NCBI GenBank assembly: GCA_951406725.2
Contig: OX597825.1
Location: 3,534,001-3,598,000, forward strand
Direction: 5' to 3'
Length of the DNA: 64,000 bases
From: Octopus vulgaris
Lineage: Eukaryota
Shown here: positions 25,479 to 40,691 of the stretch, in pieces
Layout of the letters: every line of letters starts with the position of its first letter
Numbering within the stretch: position 1 is the first letter of the stretch
Program-made: the position numbers and the translations under genes
Notes under the pieces: model-generated
What the model saw: only the letters and a program-made list of their open reading frames with translations
Told to the model about the DNA's origin: nothing
The model's database searches: none

Positions 25479-28423
25479 TTACATATTACATTCAATTTCG
25501 AAGAGTTTGTTCTCCGTTATTGTGTACACACTAGAAATTCATTTTTATATTCAAGAAGAGCCGTTTATTTCTCTTAGTAGCGTCAGAATAAATTATTATT
25601 CCTCTTATGTAAAAGTCTCCAGTCTGGATTGTCTGAAATTGTTATGGCGTCTCTTGTCCAATTCTGGTGGATTGGTAGCGTGTAATATAAGCTGGATACA
25701 CTTAGGTTCAATTACCTCAAGAATTTACTCTTCATATAATGATTAACCGGCCAATGAACACTATTGATTCCAACGATATTTCAATGAAATAATCGAGGCA
25801 CGTGACCGGTAATGATTTGAAGACGATTCAGATGGTAGGAGGCAACTACACTTAATCACAAATGACTGGCCAGCAGCTTAATTACACTTCGGTTCGTAAT
25901 GAAAGCGATTACTAACTGGTCATCTGTTAGAGTCATATTGGCAGAAACGAAGGTAAGAATTCCTCTCACACACCCCGACACATGATATTTGGTTATCATA
26001 TAACCTAGGAAGTTTTGAATGGCTATTAATCGACCATTAGGCGTTATCAATATGATTATGAATATTATTGTTCAGTTGCTCGGATGCACATTGGACCACA
26101 TAAACACACATTTATAAACACATACACATGTAATCATGCATAAAAGTACATGTCCAAACGCACACATTAAAAGAAATATGATTATATATATATGTGTTTG
26201 TGTGTGTGTGTGTGTGTGTGTATGTTTGTGTATGTATGCGTGTGTGTATGTGTGTGCCTGTATGTGTATGTATGTGTGTTTCTGATCATAGAAATATTTC
26301 TTGTGGCTGTAACAACTCGCCAGTAGATTTCGACAAACAATCCAATTGTTGTTCTATGCACATGACGGGGTAATTCTTAAATTAAATTGCAAAATAGTAT
26401 ATTATTCTAGAGAAAAATCATACACGAAGAGCAATTCTGAAACAGGCATAACGTGCTACACTAGTGAAAGGCTGGAAATTTTAATTAAACGAACAGCTCA
26501 AGTGATACATTGCTACACATTCCCTGTATTGTAATTTCAATCAAAATGCTTGGATCTCTCCGAGTGTACGTTAAAATACTTGATCAATATGTTTTGCAGT
26601 AAAATAAGATTTATAACAACCAACAACATAGTTATGAAGGGAATTTCTTACTCACACATTCACTTCAGAGGCTTTCGAATCATTGAAGGAAACCACAAAA
26701 TGATCTTATAAAAGCAGATATTCTGCATTTAACTTATCCTGAACATTTTCGAGTAATCAGAGTAAATCTTCTGTCTGAGAATGTTTGTCTTTTCTTCACA
26801 CTAGTTATGGAATCACTGAAATGCTTAGAACATTTCATCAACGCTACAGCAACTCAGTTTAACTGCTTAAATCAAGCAATACAATCATTACTTATAATTC
26901 ATATTTAGGACGGTCTAAATAATAAAAATAAATTTAAAAATATGAGAGATATCTATGACAACATGAACTATCGCAGGTTTTAGAGGATGACACGAATTCT
27001 GCATGGCAAATTTTCAGTTGCTTGCAAACGCTAAGATATGTCACTATTTAAATGAGTAAATTCTTCTTGCAATGTGACAATGGTGTTAACTTTTACTGAA
27101 TATAAGAATGTAACGCATTAATGTTCCTAAAGAATGAAATAACACGATGCCCTTCAAGATATACATAAAATCTATCAAAATCATATGTGATAGAAGTTTG
27201 AACATGTTCTATTCCAAACTAATTGTTATGTTGAATATATTAGTGAATATCTCGTAATATTTGATAATATATTATTAATGTTTTATAACATTTACCAATA
27301 TGTTGATATTATACGAGGTTCATTTCTTGGCCAGCCACAATTTTCACTTCCTGTAAAACAATTTCAATGTAAAGTATTGCCACAAAAATGTATTATATTT
27401 GAAGAATGGTCAGACGAGTCATTTTTACCGTTTATCACCCGCCCCCGCACACATAAACAAACACAACAGAAACCAAAATAACAGAATTGGCATGGCAATA
27501 ATATAAGAAAATTGCTTTCCTTTCCACCAAGATAATTTCCTCTATATTCTAAATTATATATAAATATTAATGTAACTTGCAGGTGCTTGCGATTATTTTC
27601 ATTGATATCGCTTAGGAAGAAGCACATGTCATCATACTTAAAGCTATTTCATATGTATCCATTTGTTTTGTATAATATATACATTGTCTAAACGTTACAC
27701 TTTATCAACATTAATCACAAACTACATTCGGTGTATCAAAGATTGTTTACGTCAACAGCACGAAAACAAGTTAAATACTTTAGAAAGCATCGTAACCTAC
27801 TCTCGCTATGAGTATTAGTAATATTTCTAGGTAAGTATATTGTACGGAATTATTAATGTAGTTTTTCCTTTTATTTTTCTGAGAGATGTCATTGCGTTCG
27901 GTATTAATACCATAATCACGAACAGAAATATGCCTGTACTGCGGGACACATTTTCATTTGACAAATACGTACGCATTCATACTTCCTAAAATACTTCAAT
28001 ACACACCCATATGGATCAATGTTTCGTTGCTGTGTGTGTCACCTTTTATAAAGTGTCTAGCATATCCTGTTGTCAAGATATAAATGCGGAAAAATACTGA
28101 AAATGAAAATTATGTGAAACATTCGTACAAAATCAGGTTCACAGTCACAAACTATGCATGGGTGTCATCCATTCCTTCCGTGTATATATCTGCGCTGCGC
28201 ACTGACATCGAAATCGCTATTTAAGGTTTATCATTTTTCTGACTAATATAATTGCTTTCAAAGAGGATATGAATACATCAACCAGACTAGAATAAAAGTG
28301 CAGATAAGATAGAGTAATAATTTAAATACCCAACACGATGAAAATTCTTTGAAAGAAGTATGTATCAGAATGAAAAGCAAAGCTGAGAAACAGCAAAATA
28401 AAAACGAATCTCAAAATATATCG

Positions 28424-28657
28424 ATTTCCTTATTGCTCACAAGGGGCTAAACATAGAGGGAACAAACAAGGAGAGACAAATGTGTTAAGTCGATTACAAC
28501 AAACACAGAGCGTGTACTGGTACTTATTTAATTGACCCCGAAAGGATGAAAGGCAAAGTCAACCTCGGCGGAATTTTTGACTCAGAACACAACGGCAGAC
28601 GAAATACCTAGCGGTATTTCGCCCGGCGTGCAAAGGATTCTGCCAGCCCACTGCCCT
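28424..28657 (-). mobile_element. Full-length OR-like SINE with 19-bp TSD
   Basis: Homologous to 52731-52953; flanked by ACGAATCTCAAAATATATC (28404-28422) and ACGAATCTCAAGGTATATC (28658-28676). Confidence 0.88.
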
Positions 28658-30305
28658 ACGAATCTCAAGGTATATCAAATACATCTTTGTTATTTGTACC
28701 ATCGTCAAGAATAAAAATTTCATGCATTTGTTACAATTATGTCTTTCTTCAATATTTAAACCACTTTTCTTTATCCATAGACAATATAACGGATTATTGT
28801 TTAAGGTATCTACTTCACATAAATCCTAAATTGCATTTCCGTCATTATTGCTTTCATGTAAATCGCAGCGATATAAAAGCTTCACATGTTATGTTAGGTT
28901 TATTCCTGTAGTTACTTCGTTTGTTCCATAAACAAATGGCTTCGAGTTCAATCTCACAGCTCTGTCTTCTCGTTCATGTGAACACACTGACCATGTGACC
29001 AAGCGCAAAATTCAAGAACATTAAGGACTGCATATTTTCCCTTTCTTTTTGCAAAACTTTTCACTACCTTTCTAGTAAATCCACTTGAATTATCAACATT
29101 ATAATTGCATATTAAATACATTTTATTTCAACTTTCATACATAGTATTTTCTTAAGCATTTCCTAATCTTCAATTACATTTTCAAGTTTTAAATAAATTG
29201 ATTACTTGTATTCATTTCTAGGAATAGATTTTCATTACATTGATATCATAGATTTACATGTTAAAAGTAGTACAACATACATTAGTAGAATAATGTTTGA
29301 ATATGTCTTCCCCAGACATCGATTCATTTGAGTTGTCACTACTTTTAACTATTTCATATGATGTTCTTTGTTGTTGCAGCATATTCAGTTGCGGAATGTT
29401 TAGATTTCGTTAAAATGATATCCACCTTTGATCATATTTTCTTTTATCTCCGCCGTTACGGAACTTTAAACGGAAAATGCCATATGTCTTATGAACGTGA
29501 GTGCAGGAGTATGTAATTGTGAATATATACCTGCATTAGATTTGAAGAGAATATAATATACAATGCGCTATTCAAATTTCCGAAAAGTATTATATTTGAT
29601 CATTTATATTTTAAATTATCGGAGTTCTCAAATACGCATAAAAGTTACGCATAGAATTCATAGAAATATATTACCCATTATTAAGTTGTATATGATGGAA
29701 AAATATATCTAAAATCCTTTTCGGTGAATTAACAATTCAGAAAATTAGAAACAGATATTATTACAGAACATGTATCAATTCAAACTGTAGGCACAGCAGT
29801 AATGAGAAAATCACTACCCTTAAGGTAGTATTTTCTAAACATATACAGAATATTTTTTTAAATGCAAAATCCTGAAAATCCCGTCTTATGTATAATACAG
29901 CTAAAACTCGGTGATCCTAGAAACATATTAAATTCGTTAGAATGAAGCAACTGGTTGCAGCATGTAAGCAATTCGATTAGTGTATGCGTTTATTTGTGTA
30001 TTACTTTAACGGTTTGCAGCTTGTTTGCAGCTATTTGTTTGCCTGCATTTAGTATCAATTGGGCAATGTAACTGATAAGAATGACTTATAAAGGACAAAA
30101 TATTTATATTCAGAATGTATTAAGATAAGAATGCTTTTAGTAAGTCTATACGATTGTAAAATTATAAGCATTTACACTAATAGTTATATACCTGAGTATA
30201 TAAACGAATTTATTCTGTTATATCTGAAAGCAATCTATTATTTTGCGTTCATGACTGATATCAATATTGATAGTATTAATATATCAATATATATACTAAA
30301 TTTAT

Positions 30306-30400
<95 letters not shown>

Positions 30401-31244
30401 ATATATGTATATATCAACATCGACCTCTATTTAACATCAGAAATCTGACCGGTGTTGCTTAGCAAACAATAGCCCCCGTAGTAACGATTAACTCTAGAAA
30501 GACAAAACTATTGAAGATGCGTATGACGTTACTCTCCATTTTGTTTCAAGGTATTTGGATATAAAACTCACATTTTTATGCTTATAACAAACTAGTAAAT
30601 ATTTCAGAAAAAAAAAGCAAGCTATCTTTACTCCGTATTAACTGTTATTAATATGCGAGTTATTGGATTCTCTCTAGTGGAAATATCAAAATTATAAAAT
30701 ATTGACAGCTGAAGAAGACGACGTCACAATTTTCAATCATTACAGATACACGGACAAAAAAATCCTATGAACGGTAAAGCTAAACAAAGTTGAAAGAAAA
30801 ATGAATAAAACATAACTGATACGGCAACATTTATTATTTTCAATAAAATCCCATTAAGCATAAAGCTACATCAAGAGAGTCAAGTATTGCATTTATATAA
30901 ACAAATTTCCATCATATGAGATGGCAAGATCAAACACATCATGTCAGAAATTTCTTGCAATATTTAGTTTATATGAACATCCTTATGTCCAGCTTCTGAA
31001 GGTAAAAGCCCTTGAGAGAGAGAAAAAAAAGCTTGTGATTAAGTTTCCATTCTTTATACATGATATTTACGATGTTTAACATCGAACATTCTTGCCGGCA
31101 ATATACTACTTCACTCGATTGCATGCTGTTTCCAATCATGGTTTTGCATCATAATTCAACTCCACCTTAGATGTTTGGGGTAATTTAAGCAACTTACGCA
31201 TTTACACATATATAAACAGTAAATCTCTTTCTCCCTCTCTCTCT

Positions 31245-31276
<32 letters not shown>

Positions 31277-31519
31277 TTGCTCACACTCATGACTAACAGT
31301 CTACTATGTATTTAGATTTGTATAGAAACCTACATGAAACGACATATATATCAGTACTTTGGCATTTGTTTGTGTAGTCTTACACCTACGCGCGCACACA
31401 CACGCACACACATATATATATATAGGGCGGAACAAAGAGAGAAAGACAGAGAGAGAAAGACTACGTACACATAAACGTATTCAAATATACATGTATCATT
31501 TGAAAGAATGTAAACTGCC

Positions 31520-32010
31520 TGGATTTAGCAACATCCATCCTCCCACAGCAGGGATACTTTGCTTACTCGTCGTGGAAAAGATACCAAAATCCATTGTCGT
31601 GAGTTATCAGATAAGTGACAGAATGATCCCGTGGAAAACGCTAGTGTTTCCTAAAAGCTTGAGGGGCATCATCTTCAATGGTTGGATCAAGAATTTGACG
31701 TTCCGTCTTAAAAATCCATTTGTGTCAACTGTGCTGCTGGGCCTTTCAATTCCGTGACTCGGAATAAAAAACCTCTCATAATGGTGTTAAGATAAAAGCT
31801 GAAAGGAAAGAAACATTGAGACTGCTAGGGACCGCACATGACTGGAGGCTGAAATTCAAGCCTGGGAAGCTGGTAAAGATCAATGAAACTGTTCCTTCAA
31901 AATGGTAATGGTCTGACATGGTATGGATCTCGAATGTATTCAAGCAGTTGATTATATTCTATATTTATTATAAAGAGCGCTGTCAGGAGACAAATGAGGG
32001 CTACGAATTC
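31520..32010 (+). mobile_element. Decayed Hero/NeSL-like non-LTR retrotransposon C-terminus (restriction-like endonuclease)
   Basis: EGHHLQWLDQ (cf. EGRYRWRHDQ), LLGTAHDWRLK (cf. LLxxAxDWxL) and SDMVWISNVFKQLII...ERCQETNE (cf. PDMVLxS..KQ..ELTVPWEE..EEANE), in the expected order. Confidence 0.55.
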
Positions 32011-33554
32011 ACTCTGTTGAGCTCGGGGAGTTATACAGAAGCAATTAGTAGGGTCAACCACGTAGTTCAATTGAAGTTGGATAGAACCGTTACGTATCAA
32101 TCGCTCTGCAGAAACTGGAAGGTCATCACAGGTGTCACTGTTTCAAAACTCGTCGACTCTGGATTAGTAGGTGTAAAACTTGCATTGCCTGTGCTAACGT
32201 TATAATTGTAACTGGTTGAAATTGCGGTTTGATCGACACTGGTTTTATAACCTGTCTATGAATGTGTGATTGCTAAAAAATCCCAAATACTAATGAACCA
32301 AATGAACTCTCACTGATGCAGTTTCAACATAATTCAACGGATAATGTATTGACATAGTTCATACTTAAATTTTTACTACAGTTCATGTATAATGAGAATA
32401 CGAATATATAATATTCGTTAGGATATTTTAATGAGTTTAACGTATTTTATTTGTAATGATTTCGATTACATCATATCTTTACATTAAATATCACTAGATA
32501 AGTCTACGTGGGACTTAATATCGAAGGTGTTTTTCTCAACCTGTCAATATATCCTGGCAAATTTGATCTGTTCTGCTACTTTGCTCTATTAGATGGAAAT
32601 CCGTTGACGAATTTTTATCAAGTGTCCTACCTCTCATGACTTGGTATATACTGCGCCAATGTCACGCTAATTGTTCTTATTTATATACATAACTGGATGC
32701 CATTCAGATCCCTGAGCATATTTCTTAAATTACTGGGTTATACATTTATATTATTCCTATGTAACAACTGGTGGAACCCTTTGCCACTAGGAATCTAATT
32801 CTTCATAAGCGATTGACGGAAGTTTGCACTGTGAATAAAAGGTTTCGGTGTAAATTTTTTTTTGGTTTTTACACTTTGTTCATATACTAATATATTTGTT
32901 ATAATTATCGTGTTCATATGTAAAGCAGATTTAAATAAGCGTCAGGTGTACTCCTTCTATTTCTTGTTGTTTCATTTACCGTTTTTCCATTCATAACACT
33001 TGCGAAATAGGTTAGAAATAACAAATTTACATGTGAGGAAATGCGGTTTAATATTTTATAATATATTTAAATACATCAACAACACAATAAAACTTATACT
33101 AGCTCAAAATCATAGCTGCTGAACGTTTTCTGAAATGAATTTTTTGTTATAAGTTCGAACGACTGAAAGTTAGAATAGCATAATTTTCAGCATTTTTCAC
33201 CAGAAAGCTAATATCCATTTTCAATGAATCAGTACGTGTTTACAGATAATGAACACTAGGCGAACTTACAAATAGATGTGCAACTGCTACCAGTATGATT
33301 TCACTGATTCTATTACTTTTAGTGATAATAAGATATCTATCAAGTACGCTACTCTATGAAAACGTAATTAATTCTGCGATTTCCACATACATTACTTGAT
33401 ATAAAACTGCGCTGCATAGTGAGTGTGTCTCTATACAGCATTGTCATACGAATGATTATGTCAACACTCACCAAACAGACAAACACAGTTGGTGTGTTAT
33501 TTGTCCATTAAGAAGTTTCCTATAGAGTTTATATCAAAGATCAAAAAGTGTAAT

Positions 33555-33638
33555 ATGTTTAGCTTCCTTACAATCGTCGCCGTTGCATTAACTTTGTATG
33601 AATCTAGAGCGATGACAAGCAGCGAGAACGCTGCAAAG
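33555..33638 (+). CDS. Candidate first coding exon encoding a signal peptide (MFSFLTIVAVALTLYESRAMTSSENAAK)
   Basis: Hydrophobic core followed by an S-R-A cleavage-like site; donor AAG/gtagat (phase 0); upstream acceptor tttcctatag at 33523 and TATAAAA at 33400. Confidence 0.45.
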
Positions 33639-34335
33639 GTAGATTTGAATCTGATCATTTCGCCCGATCATTAGCTATAGACTGTCAAAATCAAATAGTA
33701 ACATGTAAAAGCTTCGAACAATAAATCTGAAATAGAAATAGAACTCTAAGCTCCATGTGACTACATACAGTGTAACAATTACCCTTTTAAAGTAATGCAC
33801 GGTGATAAACAGTGCTAATAAACTACACTACGTTTAGGTATTCGTACACACATAAAATTGTAATGTAGACACATATTGCCGCGCACACATGCGTTCGCAG
33901 ATAGAAATAACAAATACAGAATTATGGATTGGTTATGACGATGGCTTATTTCGCAACAAAAGCTAAAGGTATAAACAAAATTGTCCTTAGAGAAATAGAG
34001 AGGTCAGTGTTTCTGATGTAAAATCCAAACATTCCGACTGAACTGTATAATGCAATTAATGGCCGAAATGTATCGGGTTTCATTTTATAGCTGAAAACCA
34101 ACATTGGTTATTTTTCTATTTGAGAAAATGAAAGAAAATAAAATATATATTCTATCTATTGAAGCAATAAATAAACCATCAGGCGCTACACAATATCCAA
34201 GCTTTCTCTTGAGTAGCGTTCAACCAACTTAATGTCAGTTTGGAACAATCATCATACACTAGAATATTTAGTGTGTAAATAACTGTTTTCTCTCTGATGT
34301 CAGTGCCTTTTGTGTCCTATCTATCCCTCTGTCTC

Positions 34336-34372
<37 letters not shown>

Positions 34373-34581
34373 CTCGCAATGCAGCCTTTGAAATGAAATA
34401 CATACAATTATAATACTGCGAATAATGCCAGTGATGAATGATGTGATAGTTTGATATTTGAACATATACACAAAACACGGCAAGTTAATCCAACTGACAT
34501 TAATTTACGAGAATACTATCAAAAGAAGTAATGTTCTATAATATAATCTTGTAAAAGAGCTTTCGTTAATTCCGTTTTCAG

Positions 34582-34606
34582 AAAACATACCTAACACGTC
34601 CAGTTG
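34582..34606 (+). CDS. Candidate 25-nt microexon (KTYLTRPV), phase 0 to 1
   Basis: Acceptor taattccgttttcag, donor TTG/gtatga; supplies the phase needed to join 33638 to 39372. Confidence 0.3.
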
Positions 34607-35130
34607 GTATGATCCAAAATATTATGAATGAATATCATATATTGTCTTTCAAATTGGATCTGTACAAACGGGTGTCAGTGTTATAATGAAGCTAAAAATT
34701 TTAAATATATCCAGGTTTTAATGTTCATTCATTCATATTTTATAGTGTTCAACGCTGATAGAATTGATCCGAATATTCACATAGACACACAGACATACAT
34801 AACTATATACACACACATACATGATAATATATACATATACTAAAAATCACAGATAAAAAAGATATCGCGAACAACGTATAGTTTATTCGTTTCCGAGTGT
34901 ATTTATTTCGGTTTATGACGTTGATTCTTCAGTAACTCTAATATATTTCAAAATATATTTTTAAGGAGCCGTGCACTTATATTTAAGTGGGAATTTCTAA
35001 CGGTTAATATCAACGCCACACACTAAACTCTTACAAAAACGCATAAACGGTAATAACTTTGTGCACACACAGTCGTACGCACGTGTGCGCGTGCATATGT
35101 ATCACTAAACATATATATATATATATGTGT

Positions 35131-35180
<50 letters not shown>

Positions 35181-36286
35181 GCATATATATATATATATGT
35201 ATATAGATATACATGTGAGTGTGTATGTGTGTGCGTGTATATGTAAAATTGGATAGGTAGGTATAAGCATATACTTATTGTACCTACAATATGTTATACA
35301 GTTTCGGGTAGCATGGGATTATAATTTATAACAGATCTTATCAAAATTCTTTATATATCATCTTCTTGCACATAAAATGAAAATGTCTGATACTCCCAGA
35401 ACCCATGGCCTCTATTATTAAACAGAAAATCGAAAGAAAGAAAGAAGGAAAATGAATCGCTACAAGTTAGCATATATGTCAGGTGCAAATGGCATGAGAA
35501 ACGAAGATTCTAACTGTCGTTTCGCAGTAAAACCAACATTATAGAAACGGTGAACATTACATTATATTAAATATGCACGAGGGTCTGGAATGTAAAATGA
35601 TAAACGCATTTCGTGTAGAAATTAATATAATACGAGTTTGAAGATTCGATATTGGGTTTAGGTATATTCGATCGAGCAAAGTCAATTGATTTTAACCTCG
35701 CTGAACTTTCACTGCTATATGTCGTTCGAATTGAAAATGTATTGATGTCAATGTCAGTGATTGCCAACTTAGGTTCCATAACTTATTTTAATTTTTTCCC
35801 TTTGAGTCATAGATATTTCGCTGTTCGATAGGTTGCTATAGTAACTTGTCATCAGAGAAATATTCTACTGACAAAAAGAAAAATATAATCAGATCTCAGT
35901 TATATGGTTCGATTAAAAGCTGGCTATAGTTAATTCAACAAGCTTCTACGAGAATCGTAAAAAGATAAATGACAATATAAGCCTGAGATATATTGTAACG
36001 AATCAGAGTGTCATTGCATTGTTACAGTTTGAAACGTACCTTGATTTCTTCAGAATTATTTACTATTCTTTAGAAGGCATTTTCGTCGAAGAACTCGTAT
36101 GACAATAGCGTTTCTTTTTTTACTTCTACATATAAGGACTGGACAATGTATAATTTCTAGAATTCTTACTTGTCGAGATAGCTTTTAGTTCACGTCTCAT
36201 AGAAATGATTCAAGATGTAGTATCGAGGCCTGTGAACTACATCGAATATACGTGAACATCCACTACACAAAAAGATATACACGTAG

Positions 36287-36352
<66 letters not shown>

Positions 36353-37077
36353 ATGTGTGTGTGTGTGTGTCTGTGCCAGAGTGCATGCATTTGTTGGAAT
36401 ATGAGTGTTTATCAATGGTGTGTATTTGCATGCGTTCACGTGTATACATGCGTAGTACACGTACATAAACAATGCACTCTACCGCTGAGAAATACACACG
36501 CAGATATATTTTACATGTAATTACACGCTTCTTCTAAGTTTGCATTTTCCATACGTTTTCACTGACAAAGTGTACAATGGAGTGCAAGACATTTTGCACA
36601 GAGAAATATAATTAAACGGAATTGCATTACACCTTCTTTTCTGTTTTTTGATTTTGGTGATTTTTATTCTCAGTGCTTGTCAAACAGTCATTACTAACGG
36701 TTTCATCGGATTTATCCCGAACAGGATTTCGTCACAGTAACCTCGGTTACACGACCACCATTTGTATATACGAAGTTTTAAAGATGATATATCAAGTGAC
36801 AATACTCTCAACTACATATTAAAATCTTCGGTCTTGTTATAGCTTGGAAGTTACACATTAAGTCCTTCTCAGAGTGATAATACCTATGTCAAAAGTCTTT
36901 TTCTGAAGCACATCTATCTGAAAAGTATACCTCTTGCCAATAGTAATCTCTATCCTCAAAGCTTGCACGTAAATGGTCTTTCCGCTTAGACAACCAGAGA
37001 TACGTACGTCCCACAGAGATTTCTATCACAGTAATTTGTATGCAAAGTTGTTAAATACATGTGTTTTGAGTTTACTT

Positions 37078-37157
37078 CAATATATGTCACCTGTAAAATT
37101 CAAAATTTCAAAATTTCCAATATATGTCACCTGTAAAATTCCAACATTCCAAATTTC
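37078..37157. repeat. 40-bp tandem duplication (2 copies)
   Basis: caatatatgtcacctgtaaaattc... starts at 37078 and again at 37118. Confidence 0.85.
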
Positions 37158-37629
37158 CCTAACCGATTCTCCCTAGAAATTCTCATGATGATAGTTCGAT
37201 ATGTTCACTGAATGACTTTCAACTAATTGCAGTAATTAAACGAAATCACATTTTTTCTATATTGAATTAGTCCATTAAAAATATATATTAGTCATTTAGG
37301 TACTATAGATATTTCATTATTGGCAACATATACGCCACTGAATGCATATATATCGATGCAAACGTAATAGAAACTTTAAAAAACTTCTATCACTAGAGAG
37401 GGAATGTGCTTAGTGGCACGCATTTATGAAAAGATATTCATCTAGAGAGCTGAACATAGGAATTGTACGTGTGGTTGTGTTAATCATGTGGGTTTTATGG
37501 GATGTTTAAAGATGTGTTGGAATATAATGGGAGGAGGATGAGTAGGTGTGAAGATATTCTTTGTGAGAGGAAATGGAAGAAAGGAACAACCTGCGACAGC
37601 GGTATTGTAGTAAGAAAAATGAAAGTAGA

Positions 37630-37990
37630 TCTGCTTCACCAACACGTGGGTCTCGTTTCGGTTCCATTGTGTGGCACCTCATGCAAAACTGACTTCTGCT
37701 ATAGTCTCGGCTGACCGAAGCCTTCTGAGTAGATTCGGTAGCGAGAAACTGAATGAATTCCGTTGAATATATATGTATTTGAGTACGCGCGTAGTTATGT
37801 GCACGTACACGTGTCCCTTTTTGTTCTTCATCTTTGCTTGACATTCAGTGTTGGTGTACCTGCATTTCTGTAATTTGATGTTTGGTTACAGAGTCTGAGA
37901 GAGCTGGGCTCCATTAATTCGATTAAAGCTTGTAAAAGGCGGTGCGCCAGCATAGTCACGGGGTAATAATCGAAACGGATAAAAGATAAT
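37630..37990 (+). mobile_element. Old diverged copy of the 40464-type SINE
   Basis: cttctgctatagtctcggctgaccgaagccttctgagtagattcggtag and the ggcggtgcgccagcat tail align with 40464-40903. Confidence 0.7.
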
Positions 37991-38239
37991 ACATTAATGG
38001 GAACGAAAATGTTTAAAAAAATAGACATGGGAAACTAAAAGTTTATTTCAAATTTTTGACCAGCAATTGCGGAGGAGACAAATCAATTTAATCGACCTCA
38101 ATGGTCAACAGTTACATCTTCTATTAAACAAGAAGATATGAAGGGGAAAGTTTGCCATGACGGAATAAGAAAAAAGGTATATGTGTGTATGTATGTATGT
38201 ATGTATGTATGCATTTATGCACGTACATATGCATGTACG

Positions 38240-38309
<70 letters not shown>

Positions 38310-39219
38310 GATGGCCCACTCCGCTCAATCATGGCGCCTAGACTACTCCCCTAGAATGTTCCCTCAGAAGTCAGTCACCCACATGCGGTCATGATCAATC
38401 AAATCGGCCCTACTGATTTGCGTTGGTTTATTTCACAATAATCAACGTATTCCGAAGTAGAGACTTTGTCTCTATAAATAGAAAGCAAAAAATAATTCAT
38501 CATCGATGTCTGGATAGCTTGGCGATGTCAATCTGACAGAACTACCTCAATATTGTCCACAGCAATATTATGTTCTCCTCAGTAAATCTTCTCAACCTGT
38601 ATTCCATCCAGACCCGGATTTTTCCCATCATTGTGACGTTTTGAGAGATGTGAGCAAAACTCTTATCAATACCTTTCATATTGCTTTCATATCTCTGCAT
38701 TTTCTCTGACCCACTCACAAAATCAGCTATTCTTCATTGTGCAGGTTTCTCATTGCCGTTTCTCAAAATAAAAAAAAATCGTATCTTGGATTTCTAAACT
38801 GTGATGTTTGGGCGCATCTATACGTTTTGGTACATTGGAACCTGCCTGTCGCACTGTTCTACTCATCTGCATTACACCGTGCATTACCCTTGTAGAGCAA
38901 ATTTCGTGGTGTCCGCTCTTTTTCCGGTGTATATGTACGTATATAGCTTGGTTTTACATATTCACCAGCACATATATGTAAACCCACAGACACACAAACA
39001 CACACAGAAACACACACAAACACGCATATACGTCGTAGGCATCGATATGCTGACAGAGAGATAATTGCTATACATATGCTTCAAACAACATATATTATAC
39101 AAGCAAAACGCTTCAATGAAATATTTACAATTAATTTCGTCTTCTACAACAGCGTTTATGTTTATCAGTAACAGAAAATCGCATTAGAAAAATCTGATAT
39201 ATATCATAAAATATATAAA

Positions 39220-39286
<67 letters not shown>

Positions 39287-39371
39287 ATCAAAGGAGTATG
39301 GAGTTACATTGGCGGAATGAAAGAAAAAGCCTCTGCTAATTATTATGAAAAATAATTGTTTTCCTTTCAAG

Positions 39372-39491
39372 ATCTTCTTGCCAATAGATACTTTGAAAGA
39401 TTTCTGAAGCCACAGAGTAGCTTCAGACAAGATAGCCAACGTCAACGTAGTTCTTTTCCAGTTCAAGATAAACATATAAGGCCAACTTTAG
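39372..39491 (+). CDS. Candidate 120-nt symmetric exon (DLLANRYFERFLKPQSSFRQDSQRQRSSFPVQDKHIRPTL)
   Basis: Acceptor ttgttttcctttcaag, donor TAG/gtaacg, open in phase 1-1, hydrophilic composition. Confidence 0.45.
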
Positions 39492-39913
39492 GTAACGTGT
39501 TTTGTCTTTGAATGCCCACTAGTGCGTACAGTCATATTTTTGCTGACAACGTTCAAGAGATCATTATGTTTAGAGGATAAATCTAGCAAATAATTTTCTG
39601 GAATTGAATTAAATTCTAGAACATATAGCTTGCTATATTGTATACATACACGTATTTTACTTATTTTAAAAACGTATTGCGCAATATGTGGTGTAATTCC
39701 CGAAACTAATCGAATAGAGTTTCATTTTGATCAGCACCTATTGATTAATAATTATTCAGAAATAATGCTAAATACGCGCTGTTTATAGTGATAAAATTTT
39801 AGAAAACTATGAAGACATTTAACAGAACTCTGATTACTGCTTCAATTTCAAATAGTGTATATATCGTTCTTTAAACCGACATAATATTATTCGCGGTTTT
39901 GTTTTCTTTCCAG

Positions 39914-39947
39914 AACTGTTGCCTACACGACTGTCAGCAAATGCCAA
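39914..39947 (+). CDS. Candidate 34-nt microexon (ELLPTRLSANA in phase 1)
   Basis: Strong acceptor ggttttgttttctttccag, donor CAA/gtacgt. All three frames are open, so the frame is inferred from the previous exon. Confidence 0.4.
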
Positions 39948-40463
39948 GTACGTCTTCGATATCAGCTATATATTTATACCATAATACAGACTATTTGGTT
40001 TCTTTTCTAATGTTGTCCAAACCCTAGTATGTACGTACGATGGAACGTATAACCAAACGGTGAAACTTCAGGTTTCAGAGAGTATAACGAATTTACTGTG
40101 AAAAGGAATATATTAACTATAAAGAATGAGTTATTTGTACGTAGTGAAATGATGGACTACTCATTGTCACCTAGCAGGTAGTTGTATACAGAATAATCAA
40201 CAATCTTAATCAGACTATCAGTAAAAAGCTGCAAAATGATAACAGAAATTGCAAAACAAAAACGTGAAGTAGATATAAAGAGATATATTTCGCGAATATC
40301 CTTTAATACATTTACGTATAGATTTCTTAGGTAAATGATGAGACATCAGTTGAGAGTCGGAAAGATATTCAGCGAGGTAGTTCTATGAGAGAATGAACGG
40401 TTTTAATCATAAGCGATATTTTGTGAGAAAATATTTCTGATAGTCGCAGATCCATGTTTCTTT

Positions 40464-40625
40464 GAGTGGCTGTGTGGTTAGTAGCGTGTATACCAACCAC
40501 ATGGTTCCGGGAACAGTCCCACTGCGTGGCATCTTGGGCAAGTGTCTTCTACTATATCCCCGGGCCGACCAATGCCTTGTGAATGGATTTGGTAGACGGA
40601 AACTGAAAGAAGCATGTCGTATATA

Positions 40626-40691
<66 letters not shown>

